This document shows positions 48,156-60,700 of a DNA stretch of 64,000 bases, piece by piece. The translations under genes were made by a program, and so were the position numbers. The stretch is taken from assembly GCA_004431415.1 (NCBI GenBank), contig QPMI01000569.1, forward strand, positions 310,001 through 374,000, given 5' to 3'. The notes beneath the pieces were generated by a model, which saw nothing but the letters and a program-made list of their open reading frames with translations, was not told the origin of the DNA and made no database searches. This stretch comes from Cyanophora paradoxa CCMP329 (Eukaryota > Plantae > Glaucophyta). How positions within the stretch are numbered: the first letter of the stretch is position 1; each line of letters begins with the position of its first letter.

Positions 48156-51100
48156 ATGCAGCGACCCATCGCGCCCCGTCCCGCGGCCCAGCCCGCGCCC
48201 CAAACGTTTCCAGCGCCCGCAGCAGTCGTTTTAGAGATGGCGGACGCGTCGGTCGCGTACCAGGCGCTTATGCGGATCATCGCAGTGCTCACCCACAGCC
48301 GAAACGCCCACCTGGAACTGGAGGCGCGCGGCATTGCGTCTCCATTGTATCCGCATAGCTTAGCTTGCACGGCGGCGCTTCAAGAGGCCACCGCAGTGGC
48401 TGTGTTCCTCCAGTGCATCCTGCAGAGCCCTCCAGCTTCGCCACCCGGGTCGCCATCGGCTCCAGCGAGCCCGCAATCGCCTCAGATTAGCCCAGAGCAG
48501 CAGCAGCAGCGCGGTCGTCGCGCGTTCGGCGCCGACGTGGTATGCCGCTCATTCAAATTCGATGTCATGACTTGACTTGCCCGCGCTTACGAGTGTATGC
48601 TCTCTGCCCGGCCGCGAGCAGACGAATGCAGTTCTTAATGAGGCGCCGAGCCCGGCGCCGCGGCCGGCCCCCGGCCCGGCACCGCCCCGAAACGCGCTCG
48701 CGGCAAGGAAGATGTGCCGCCTGAGGAGCGGATCGTCCGCAAGGCGACGCTCAAAGCGCGCGACGAGCGCATCGCAGTGCTTGAGGCGGAGAACAAGAAG
48801 CTTAGGGAGGAGCACCAGTCGAAGCGCGCCAAGGTCCCGCGGACTTCGGCACAGCGTGCAGCGACCATCTCGCGCATAGCTAGGCAGGTCCCTGGGAAGG
48901 GATGCTCGGATACGTCCAGGCAGCGGCGCACGCGGTTCCTCTGCATGCTGCTCTCGACGATTCTAAACGCTGCGAGTCCGGACATCCAGATCCGCCTCCC
49001 CATGTTTAAAAAGAACTTCGCGAGGTACAAGGCGGGGCGGCGCGCGCGCAGGCATATGCATGCTTATCCAGGGCGCCCCAGGAACAAAGGAGAGGAGGAG
49101 GGCGCCTATCAGAAGAGGAGGGAGGCGCTGGAGGCGGAGGCACGCCGCCTCGTGAGCATCATCGGGCCACACGCAGTGCGCGTTATTATACATAAAAAGA
49201 GCTACCGAGAATCGTACTTTAATAGGCTACAAAATCGTTGGAGAAGAGCACCTTTCTGAACCACCGTCCGCAGGCCCAACGAGCCCTGGAAACGAGCAAA
49301 TCGGGTCAGCTGCAAGTGAAGAAGGCGATGAGCATCGCCTGCAGGAAGCTGCGGGACACCTTCCCCGACTGCGAGATTCTAGAGTGGAAGGACCGCCACT
49401 GCATCTCGGACGTGCGCCCTTTCTCGAATGTTTTAACCCCCATCCCGTTCTAAACCGACCCGGGCAGGCGACGTACTTTGAGTTCACGAAGCTCCTCAAG
49501 AAGGCCCTGAAGAAGCACTTCGTGGGGCTGCGAGCCTTCCTCCGTCGAAGCACTGCATCACGAAGCTACGGGGCAAGGTCAACGATGACCTCGAGAAGGC
49601 GCGGCGCGCGCGCGCGGGGCGGGGGTGAGGGACGAGGCTCACCGAGCGGTGCAGATCGTGCAGATCGTCGAAACAGCGGCGGGCGTCGGCGACGAGGAGA
49701 ACAAGGGCAAGCCGGGCGTCATGCTCGAGCTCTTTGTGCCTCCGTCGAGCGCAGCGCCGGCGGCGGGCGGAGAGGCGGCAGCGCCGGCGGCGGGCGGAGA
49801 GGCGGCAGCGCCGCCGCCCCGCAGAGCTGTCACGCCGACGCCCGCCCTGTCGGCCCTCATCAGCGCTTTCGTCCCGCTGCACAAGCACAGGGGGAAGAAG
49901 ATCAGACCTCGAGTCCGCCTGGCGGGCGACGGGACGATCGCGTTCCGCGGGAAGAGCGTCTCCACGACCGACGGCATGACCTGCATCGTGGCAATCGTCG
50001 ACGGCTACTACGTCATCGAGGAGGACGGGACGCAGGCGTACCACCCGCTGAAGGGCGTTCAGAGCTGCTACGCCCTCCTGCCCCTAATGCTCTTCGGCGG
50101 TAGCGACAGCGAGGAGAACCTGCGCCCACGCATCAAGCCCCTCGCCGACATGGTCGAGTACCTGAACGAGAACCCGCTCACCCTGATCCCGGGTACGAGC
50201 ACGACAAGCCCGTCGAGGTCGAATTCTTGGTGACGGGCGACTACAAGTTCCTCCGCGTCCTCCTCGGCTTCGACCTGTGCCCGCACTGCGATTCTGTCCA
50301 CCGACGCGGGTCAGTTCGCCGAGTCACACGCGCTGAGATTCGGCATGGGGCTCACGTTACTGCAGGTCCGAGTGCTCGGCGGTCGAAGTCGTGCGCGCAG
50401 CAGGGCCGCGGGATCGGGACGGCCTCCCTCCAGCCAGCGAACAGAGAATCCGCACCCCGAGCACGACGCCAACGCCCTCCTGCAGCCGCTCCCGAACAGC
50501 ATGCTGCCCGTCGCTGCCGTCGAGGTGAGAAGCCCGCGACACCTCGCCTCAGCGGACGCCAACGCGCACCTCAGGTCCGGCTCGACGACGCCCTGCACGG
50601 CATCAAGAGCTGGGTGGCCGGGTTCTTCGTCTACTTCTTCCTCGCCCTCGCCTGTGGTGCCTCCGAGGACCAGCAGAAGCGCATCGAAGACCTGCAGCGT
50701 CATCTTCGCGATAAATACGCGCGGAACATCAAGTTCGAGAAGACCGAGAACGGGCCACCTACAAGTTCTTCCAGAAGATCTCCGCCAACACCGCCAAGAA
50801 GATCCTGGAGGACCCCGAGGCGCCCGACACCCTCTTCAGCATCTGCTTCGGCGACAGTAAGGAGAGCTGGAGCGAGAAGACGAGGGGCATGCACGAGATT
50901 TGGCAGCTCCGCCAGATCATCTACCAGTACGAGCGGAACATGAAGCCCGACGAGGAGGCGCGGCAGCAAGTTATCGAGGCCGTCGCCGAGCTCCAGGGCC
51001 TGATGGAGACACACTTCCCGTTATGGAAGATCTTCACACGCTACATGCACTCGACGCTTGCGCACCTCGCGTTCTGGGCGCGCGTCGACAACACGAACGC

Positions 51101-51729
51101 GCCCGGCCGTTGGAGCTGCGAGGTCATCGAGTCCTACATGGGCCTCCTTCGGCGCCTGCGACACACCGTCACGTCTCTCGGTGGCGGGTGGAACAAGGAC
51201 CTCGACATGCTCAAGCAGATCATGACGCACCAGCGGCGGCGCCTGGCGCTGTGGATGCGGAACATGACGGAGGCGAGCGCCGGCGGGAAGGACGCTGCCC
51301 ACGCCGAGTACGACGCGCCCGTCGCCGCCAAGGCCTGGCCAGATGGGCCCTTCATCCCCGACCTGCGGCCCGTCCCCACCGGTCAGCGGCTATGCAGGGC
51401 GAAGGGGCGGCGGCGGCGCCGCCGGGGGCGAGGAGGTGGCAGCGGTGCCCCTGCCTGCGGACGAGGAGGAGATCGACGAGGATATTGAGCTGCAGGAGGG
51501 GGATCCGGTGCCGGAGGACGAGGTGCCCGAGGAGAGCGGGGACGAGGAGGAGGAGGAGGAGGAGACCGCCGAGTACGACGCCGAGGCAGAGGAGGAGGCG
51601 GAGGAGGAGATGGAGGCGGAGGATGAGGGCGCCAACATGCTCGATTTCGATGATAGGGCCCTAGCAGAGGTTCTAGCAGACGATCTAGCGGAGGGGGAAA
51701 TAGACGAAATGGATTTGGACCAGACATAG
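48156..51729 (+). CDS. RAG1/Transib-like DDE transposase (multi-exon; 5' end uncertain; apparent 1-nt indels at about 49530, 50190 and 50753)
   Basis: RVRLAGDGT (D at 49928), PLMLFGGSDSEENL..IKPL, FLVTGDYKFLR..LG (D at 50239), CPHC (50278-50289), DDALH (H at 50596), YMHSTLAH (H at 51048 and 51063), GRWSCEVIES..LLRRLR (E at 51129); acidic C-terminal tail. Confidence 0.82.
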
Positions 51730-51742
51730 CGCACCTTGTAAC

Positions 51743-53772
51743 CTAGATAGTGCGATTCTCAGTAGCAGCTTCACGACTTTGCCCTCTTGCGCGCCGCCAC
51801 CGCGGCCGCGAGCTGTGCCGCGCGATCCTTCCTGCTGCAGGATTAGGCGAGCAAGTAGCCGAGCGGGGGCGAGGGGGAGGGGGCGCACTTGGGGACCGAG
51901 GCGGATGCGGCGGGGGCAGGTAGGGCGGCAGCGGCCGGTGGGGCAGCAGCAGCAGGGGCCGACAGGGCGGCGACCGGCGGGGCGGGGCGGGCGGGGCGGC
52001 GGCGGCGGCGGCCGGCAGGGCGGCGGCGGCGGGGGCCGGCGGGGCGGCGACGGCGGGGGCCGGCAGGGCGGCGGCGGCGGGGGCCGGCAGGGCGGCGGCG
52101 GCAGGTTCTGAAGGGGCTGCTTCGGGGACAGGCGGCGCCTTGGCGACGGTGTTGGCGCCGGCGCGGCACCGGCGCGGGCGCTTCACGGGGACAGCCGCGA
52201 GGGGCCCCGCGAGGCTGGCGATGCGCTCGCCGTCGGGGCCGTACTCGTAGCTCGGAAGCTCGAGCGTGACGTGCCCACCTTTCCTGCCCGAGCGCTTCGT
52301 GGCCACGATCCGACCGGGACCTGCCGCGCCCAAGGAGCAGAGCTTCGTAAGCGAGCGGCGCGGCGAGGGCGGGCCGGGCGCACGCTCGTCGAACTGGACG
52401 ACGTCATGGGAGCCCGTGTGGCGCGGCACGATTAAGCCGCCGTACGCCTTCTCGACGGTGACGGTCTGCATCTCGCTGTGCTTCCGGATCGCCTTCCCGT
52501 CCGCGTCCCGCTTGCAGACGCGCTTGGACGCTTGCGCCACGCCGGAGGGACCGAGAACAGCTGCAAAGAGGTCGGAAAAAGAACAGCGAGCGGGAAAAAG
52601 GAAGCGGCTTCCACCAGCAGCGGTCTCGCGGTCCGGAAGCTCGATAACGAAGCGATTCGCCGCCGGCAGCTTGTCAACCGGGATCGGCTGGCCCGTCTTC
52701 GGGTCGATGGGCGTGGCGACGTGCGCGACCTGCGCCACGATGTTCTCCTGCGATGCGCACCGTTAGAGGATAGGAAAAAGAACTTCGAACGAGTCATAAG
52801 AGCCGCAGACCAACATTGCCGGCCCGGCCACCGGGATCTTGACGTTGACAAGCTGCGTCCCGGTCTTCCGGCGCTTGAGGGCGTTCGCGGCGGCGTCCTG
52901 AAGGTAGCCAATCGCCTCCACGCGCTCCTCCGGCCTCGACAGCGGCCGGAGGAAGCACGCCATCTTCTTCTTCGCCACTCGCTTGAGCCTCGCGTTGAAG
53001 GCGAGGGCGACGTCGAACTGGAAGGAGCCGTCGCCCGGGAACGTCATGATTTGCTTACAGACGTAGATGTGGGGATCGGCGTGGTTGAGGGCTTTGTACT
53101 CGTCCGCGGCCACCACCTTCGCGAGTGCGTGAACCTGCGCGCACGGGCATCGGACGCTGGAACGGGGCGCGGGCGCGGCGGGCGGACCGTCACGTTCGAG
53201 TAGTAGATGAGGTGGTTTGCGATGGCCACGGCTGCCTGCTCCCCGTCTGCCTTGATGATCACGCTGCCGAGCCCGCAGTCCTTCACATCGGAGTCCTCCG
53301 GGCGCACGAAGCGCCGAAGGATGACGCCGTTGACGGAGTAGTTGAAGTCGCCGCGCTTCGCCTTCGTCTGTGTTGGGAACTCGCCCTCGACTCGCGCCAA
53401 AATCGTTTCACCTGGGCGCGGGAAATGGAAGGGCTTCGGGCGAACGACGCTGAGTTCTGGACACAGCTGGGTGTCTGAGCTAACTGAACAGATGACGAAG
53501 TCGCCAAGGCGAACGTGGTAGGCGCGGCCGCTGGTGTCCAGGCAGCGGACCGTTGCCGCGGGGTGCTCGCCCTTGAGGATGTCGAGGTCAGGGAGCTTGG
53601 GCTCCTTCGCCTTGCGCGCCTGCTGAGTGATCTTGTTGACACGCTTCATGTTGCCCTTGCCGGCCCACGAGCTGCTGCTGTCGGGTCGCTTGCCGTGCCA
53701 GCGGTGCCGACGTCGGGCCTCGTCGAAGCCGTCATCCCAGAGGCTGGGTTCCTTTCGCTTTGACTGCTTCAT
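51743..53772 (-). CDS. BAH-like domain protein (multi-exon), convergent with the RAG1-like gene
   Basis: YHVRLGDFVIC...ILARVE...VILRRFVRPEDS...LIYYSN | ...AKVVAADEY...YVCKQI follows the BAH consensus (Y..GD.V, ARI, WF.RPE, LF.S, K..V...EY, FYC). Confidence 0.55.
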
Positions 53773-54813
53773 GCACGGCGGCGTGCAGGAATGCTCGCGC
53801 TCGGGCGTGCGCGATGGCGGGAAGCTAGCTAGTCCGGCCTAGCCGAGGGAAGCTGACTAGCAAGCCGGCCTGCTGACCGTTACTGTGACCGTTGTGGCCG
53901 CGTGTGTACGCCACTGTGTACGAGGCCAAGTTCGAGCTCAAGTTTGCGCTGGGCTAATTTCATTGGCGGAAGAAGTTAACAATGGGCGGGGCGTGACGCA
54001 AACTCCGTTCAGTTTGAAACGGTGCCGGGACACGATCGACTTCCTGCTCGTACGCTGCGCATCGTCCCAGGCCGATTCAGTCAGCATCCTGGAGCTCCTC
54101 AATTCTACGAGCACCATCGTTAGTGCTTTTTCATCATAAACGCGCCCGTAAGAACGGCCTCATGACAAGGCATCTCGTCTTCCACGCAGGCCCGCGAAAT
54201 CATTGTTAACAAGCCTGGCATCCTTCAACTGAGTCGATCCCTGAAAGGTATCTCGTATATTTTGTACGCATGCATATAGGTGCGTGTCGAAGTCTCTATA
54301 TGATGTTCGGAATTCGGCAGTGCTCGTCGATGCCATTGCCGACTGTGAGACCGCGGAAATGGTGGCGGTACTGCTCTAGATCTAGAGCTTTTGATGTTCA
54401 TGAGTATTCGAACTCACACCGGCCCTTACTAACAATTTGCAGTACTGTAGTTCTGTTTTCTTGGGATGTCACCGGTAGTATAGATACATTGGGATTGCAT
54501 TTTTTCTAGTGTAATCGAGGGCAATTTACGTGGATGGTTGACGCTTGAGATTTATGTTCCATGGCATTGAAGTTATAGCTCACACTGGCTGGCTCCAGCA
54601 CTAGCTTGGTATCATGACATTTCGATCTCGTGCCCCTCACCGTGGTACGGTGGTGCTGCGAGCAGCATGCGCGCCTGACATTGCGAGCAACGAAATGGGG
54701 GTTTGAAAAGTCGCTCGATGATGCGTACCCCGTTGGTCTAATTCGTGCCGTTGCTAGGATAAATACAGTTGCCCTTTCGAAAGTAGGGCACGATCCAGCG
54801 TACACCGGCAGAC

Positions 54814-55321
54814 ATGCCGCGTGTGAAGAAGAAGCCGCGGAAATCCGCCAAGGCCGCTCCGGCCGCCCCGCCCAAGGCCAAGAAGCACACGAAGACCGAG
54901 TCGCCGGGAAAGAGACCTTACCGCTATCGTCCAGGTGCGGATGCCAATTATGGTAAGCAGTTAGGGAGGCTGAACGAGGAGAGCAGGTACTGTCGCGCTG
55001 CGGGAGATTCGCAGATACCAGAAGACGACGGAGCTCCTGCTTCGCAAGCTTCCGTTCCAGCGGCTCGTGTTCGAGGTCGCACACGATCTAGGCGCAACGG
55101 ATAAACGTTTCCAATCGTCGAGCGTCCTCGCGCTGCAAGAGGCCAGCGAGGCTTATCTTGTCGGCGTTTTTCAGGATGCGAACCTCTGCGCCATCCACGC
55201 CAAGCGGTGCGTTGCCTGAAGGGATGTGTGCTTAATTTCTGATCGGTGCATGGTGCTCAGGGTCACAATCATGCCGAAGGACATGCAGCTCGCCCGTCGC
55301 ATTCGCGGCGAGCGCACCTAG
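54814..55321 (+). CDS. H3: Divergent histone H3 variant, 3 exons (54814-54934, 54987-55206, 55261-55321)
   Basis: Spliced product [133 protein letters not shown]; two GT-AG introns of 52 and 54 nt keep the frame. Confidence 0.95.
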
Positions 55322-55567
55322 AAAGAGAGAAGAGCCGTACGGTTATACCAGTATCTCTGGCGCACCGGAGTGCATGTAACCCGCAAATTCGATGGTGTTA
55401 TGCCTGTATTGTGTTCTCAAGTACACAACGGCGAGCTCGCTGAGTGCATGAGACGAATGTTTGAGAGCAATTGCGCCTTTTTGTACGAAATCGTCATCAT
55501 GATCACTCGACAACCGACTGTGCTCGACACGAGTGACAGTGGGCAACTAGTGTATTAAATAGAGAGA

Positions 55568-56182
55568 TCATTCATCGTCAGATGAGGCCTCCAGAATTTC
55601 CTGGATCCGCTCGAGTTTATCGATGGCCCGATTGCCTTTCGATACATAACCCTCGTGAGGTCCGTGAGAGCGCACGAGATCCTCCAATTCGTACACACGG
55701 GTTTGAAGATTTTTCACCCAGGTCCACGCCTGCTCCAGCTTGAGTTTCACCGGGCATGACTGACCGCACATGCTAGACATTTGCTGGTTGGCGCAGCACC
55801 AGACAAGGCGCTCTCCGCAAAGAGCCTCCGCACAGGCAATAGCGGCAAGCAAAACGGCCTGCGGTGACGTAGCAGCTAAGGCTTGCTGAAAGTGGGCTTT
55901 GGCCGCTGCTTTTTTAGCTACGGCTGTGCGCTTCGACGGATGGATTTCGCCGGGAGACAGCTGTGGTAACTCACGCTCAAAGTTATACCGTCGATTATGC
56001 GCATTGAACCAGTCCGTCGGCGGGACTGGACTGCTCTTTTTACACGGCTGTTTCCTGCGTCGGTGGTGGCTGACCCCTGGTTGCCCGACGGGGAGCAGGT
56101 CGGCTGCTGTCGCGGTAGAAGGGCTTTCAGCAGAGTTGCTAATCGACGCCGTCGGCTCAGACTTCTGGCGTTTCGACATTAG
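55568..56182 (-). CDS. Orphan protein, paralog of 40533-40950
   Basis: Long open frame from MSKRQK; about 110 aa align with the 40.5-40.9 kb copy, including the Cys residues. Confidence 0.65.
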   Translation of the reverse strand, partial: LMSKRQKSEPTASISNSAESPSTATAADLLPVGQPGVSHHRRRKQPCKKSSPVPPTDWFNAHNRRYNFERELPQLSPGEIHPSKRTAVAKKAAAKAHFQQALAATSPQAVLLAAIACAEALCGERLVWCCANQQMSSMCGQSCPVKLKLEQAWTWVKNLQTRVYELEDLVRSHGPHEGYVSKGNRAIDKLERIQEILEASSDDE

Positions 56183-56465
56183 GTAACTGCCGATCGAATT
56201 AGGGGTACGTGCTACAAGCGTTCGAACCTGCGTTACTGCACGCGAGCTTACAGTAGCCGACACGGACACGTTGACGGCAGCCAGGGTGCAATTGGCGTTT
56301 CGACAAGCGATGGGGGACGCAGCAGCACAGACAGGGTTGCTTTCCAAACGTAGGCGGATGAGAAACGCGTGCCCGCACAGTGCCCTAAAGCGTCGCCTGA
56401 TTGAATACGCAGGCCCGCGGCTTGAAGAGGTGGGACATGAGCCATTGTCGTACTCTTCGAGTGCG

Positions 56466-57744
56466 ATGGTACCTGTGCAGGACACCCGCTATTCGGATCC
56501 GGACGTCAACTACGAGATAACAATCGGAGAGGAGCGTGCAGGGCGCAGGGACGTCGGCACATTAACGGAGTTTCCGCGTCCTTATGGGTATTATAAGCGT
56601 CATCCGCAAGCAGACATCGATGAGTACGTGCTGTGGTCGTTCATGTCAACCGAGGCATGATCTGAGACCGACGCGATGAAGACGTCGACGTCCCAGTATA
56701 CGTGTGCATATACATGCACCTCATTCTGGACAGAAGGTTGCCGCGAGTGACGTGTGTCAAGGCATGATGTGTAATTAAGTCGCAGCGTGCGCAGCTTCGG
56801 GTGCAGTTTAGACCAACGTCATGTTTTCACGACAACTTCAAGTATTTCTGCCAGACCTTCAACCTATCCAAAGGCGCTTTCGTGTTGGAGGGAAACAATT
56901 GCAAGTACGGCCTGTCGACTGTCCCGAGTCCGTAGGGATAGAGGACGGCGACTTCATAACCTACGTTATGGATGGCAAAGGGGAGAAGCTGAAGCGGTGC
57001 GCGTGGTACATATGCATATAGGATGGGAACTCATGGATTCACGGAACAATTCACAGGGAGGAGGAGTTTGAGGCGTACGTTGAATGAAAGGACATCAGAA
57101 ATTCGCGGGTCTGATTATCTCCACTTGAGCAGAGTGGACGAGGAGACTGCTATGGAGGTATGGATGACGGGCAGCGAGGGAGAGCGTACCATGCAGATGG
57201 TGGAACACCACGCAGAAATATTTTAGATCTGCGATCAAACAATGGCGGTACCGATGTTTGTGTGTGAATCGCAGGGACGAAAGGTGAACCGATCGACCGG
57301 AATGTACTGGTTGCCACCGAGACGAAGGTTGAGTTGATGCTCGGGGGAATGAAGAGATGCAAGCTCACGATCGTGCCCGTACCGCAGGGTGTGTCTGCAA
57401 ATGACTGTGATGGCGACGCATGATAGAACTTTACATGACACATGTGATGTGCACAAGGTGACGATTCGATGAACGATAAACTGCGCACGAAGGCGAACCA
57501 GTAACACGCTGGTTCGCAGTGTGTCGTTTCCGCAAGGACCTACGAACACCTTTCAGAGACGATGCGGCGCTTCACGGATAAAGTTATTATGCCCCACAGG
57601 CACGTATTCGCAGGGTATGACGCAGTTGAATTCGAGTACCAAGGGAGGCCGCTTCTGAAAGGGGATACTCCGGAAAAACTAGAGATGAAACATGACGACG
57701 AAATTAAGTGCGTGAGCACTTACATGATGGCATGCGTTACATGA
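56466..57744 (+). CDS. Protein or proteins with two SUMO/ubiquitin-like domains (possibly degraded)
   Basis: RFRVGGKQL....DCPESVGIEDGDFITYV (56875-56970) and FEYQGRPLLKGDTPEKLEMKHDDEIKCV (57630-57715) match the SUMO/Rad60-SLD C-terminal pattern F.FDG..L...TP..L.MED.D.I.V. Confidence 0.55.
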
Positions 57745-60700
57745 CGGTCGTGCACCAGGGTTATACCCACCTTATGGGGACAGCACATCGACTGCAGTCG
57801 AGCGCGCATTTCATATGTACAAGACCTGGTTTGCAGCTGCCTCCGACTTCAGCTACATTCATCCGACGCGCCGTCCGACTCCAAATAGGGGGCGTACACC
57901 AGAACGCATTGTAATGCAATCATGATGTACTTCAGGACTCTAGCGGCACACTGAAAGGGGCCCGAGGGAGGGACGAATACTGATGATTTGCAGTACTCAA
58001 GCAGGCATCTCAGAAGACAAGAGCTACGGCCGCGTACAGGCGACCCGACGCGCGGAGCCTTTGCGGCAGGGCCGGGGCGGACGCCGGGGTGCAGCGGTGT
58101 GAGCTTGCTGATTACAGAATGTGAATTGACACATGGCGATGAAGTGCACTAGCAGTCCCACGTATTCTATCCGCTCGATCGTTCATAGCTATCCGGGCTG
58201 CACCTAGGCACCATATGTAACTGATGACGGGCGCTCGGTTGAAGCATCTTAATGAGGTGCGGGCAAGGCGGGGCGGGGCTGGATGTGGCAGAGAAGGGCG
58301 GGCGGGGTGATGCACTGATGGGTGGGGCGGGGCCGAGCCCTGCTTGGAGATTCTAATCTAGTCGGGTATATTGTCGGAAGGGCATGGCTGCCATCTTCCT
58401 GTGTTGTCTATTTCGACAGCGAGATCTGCAGGCGTTGTCTGGAATGAGGGTGTCAATAATTACGAGATGTAAAGGTAAATCGGGCACAGACCCCATCAAG
58501 GATGGACTTGAAGAACTCGTCAATGATGAGATCGTGGAGACCTGCTTGTCTTTGGCAGAATTGGAATGGGCATTCCCTATGGAAAGGAATTCATTGTGAT
58601 CGTGATCATGAGTGCAGGACGAATAGCTGACCAATCTTCATTATGAAGGGAGAATATCAAGTGCTCGTTGAAATCGAAACACTGCGTCGGGATAAGAATA
58701 ATGTGGAATTTATGATGGGAATGCGACCACGTACGTGCGGGTGAACGCAGTACACGGATTGAACTGGCACTCTGATACGTTCTGATGTGTAGGGACAGGA
58801 CAGATGCAGGCGGAATTTCGTATCGAGTGCCCGAGCGATAGCTGGCAGGCGTCTGGTGGTGAGACGTGAAGAAGTAGAGGTTGAAAATTTACGTAAGGGA
58901 AATACCAAATTCACGTCCGGCTTGCCATGGCCTGAAGATGTGGATAGGCTCGATCTGCAGAAATCGTTGCAGAACCGTTCCATCTTCAACGATTATGATG
59001 CGATCAACAGGCGGTGTGTTTCTCAGAAGAGTAGTGACGTCGGAGAAGTGACTATAGTCACGGATCGGTCCTCTATAGTCATGTGGCTGCTCGATCCTCT
59101 GCATCGTTCCTCTGAACATCCCAGGTGAGATCCCATGGCACGCTTTTGTTTTCGCCATGATCAAGTAATCGGAACCTGTTGAAATATATAAGTTAAAAGT
59201 CGTCTTTATTAGACGGCAGTCGAGGATCGGGCATGAGCATGCTTACTTCGAGCCGGGGTATCAGCCGCCCTGCGAATGAGCGCGCTTCGAATGTACGCCG
59301 AGCAGCGGTTGCAGCGCTTGTGTTCGCCTTGCTGGCGCTGGCGTTGGCGAAGGAGCGCGCCGTGCACGGTACGCGTTGCTTCGCGCTTAGCGGTGGGTTG
59401 GCCTAGCTGGAGATTGCGCTGGCTAATGAGCGCGCTATGAACGATGCGACGACCTGCGCGTGTAGCGCACGGGGTGTCGTTCACGGCGCCGGGAATGCAT
59501 GCTGTACCCCTAATTGCCGGACTTGACTCTTGCAGAGACGCCTAGGCATGTCGTTGACGAATACTTCGCGTCCCATACTCGATTCCGGTTCCAAGAAGCG
59601 ATCGAGAGGTATGTTCTCCGTGTGCTTGCTCCGTTCGCTGCTGATGCGAGTGCATGCTGCGATTTGCGCCATCGCAGATACGTCGCCCACATCCGATATA
59701 GTGCTAGCTGCTTCTTACGCGAGACCGAATCTCGATTTAGCTTCTTACCGCGACATTTCTGAATCAGTGAGAGTCAGCGGCCGCGGTTCCATCACCGTAC
59801 TGGAGGCCATGAGCCACATGACCCCCGACGTTTTTATAATCAAGAATCCCTGCACAGGCGCCATCGTAGCAGTACCACCTGGGCCTGCAGCTCTGCGCGT
59901 GAGTAACAACGAGTATACTTCTGCGTACGATGTGATTGCGTCCGTTCAGCTTACGGACTGTAATGGAGGTACCTGTACGCATGTAATCTTGGATGATGAT
60001 CAACTATTAACCCCATCTTCACCTCAGAGTACGACTTGATGATAAAGGCCTTCGATTGTGCTGGCAGTTGGGACCCCGATCGCCGGTGGGCCGAAATCTA
60101 CATGAAGTGGAATGGAACGGTCGTCAAGCACGTCGTAAATCGACCTGATGTGGATCCAGATGGATGGCCGCTGCATGATGATATGTACCACGGAATGTAC
60201 GACGATGTCGGTCAGAATTAGGGCAAGGACGCGCGCCGTACTACATATACGTGTTATGGCAGTCAGTTCACAGTTTCGTATCGATTACTGTTTCCTATCT
60301 CTGACACCTTCTATTCTGCGCTCTACTACTTAGTTTTGTCTGTATTTATTGAATGCGCACATTGGCACTTGCTACCCTCAGCTTGCTTCACTTGACTTCT
60401 ATTCCAATATCATCCACTCATACTACCTCGATCCCTCCTCACATGTACATGTTTCGTACTATGCTAGCTGACTAGGCCTGGACTACAGTATAGTAAGCTT
60501 AAGCCGCCGGAAGAGAACTCTGCCGGGGTCCGATCCCTTGCTGCAACAGAGGCGTCGAATGCAGAGCTTACCACACCGCGGCCGCACCCGTGAAGATGCG
60601 CACATGAAGAATATGGGTCCGATCACCACCGCAAGGAGGGTTTAGAGATCACATGCTGTAGTTACTTGGGGTTGGGGGGAGTGAAAGAACTGTAGTAGCA

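Noticed and set aside
49520-50760. Programmed frameshifting or pseudogenisation in the RAG1-like gene
   Set aside because: The frame breaks appear to sit in or next to short G/C runs, consistent with long-read homopolymer errors; this cannot be decided without reads.
51743-53772. RAG2-like identity for the convergent gene
   Set aside because: No kelch GG/Y/W repeats or PHD Cys/His pattern seen; the motifs fit BAH better.
54814-55321. Firm CenH3 call
   Set aside because: The diagnostics are mixed: Q68 and F84 are canonical, and only the loop-1 insertion, T107A and the tail are CenH3-like.
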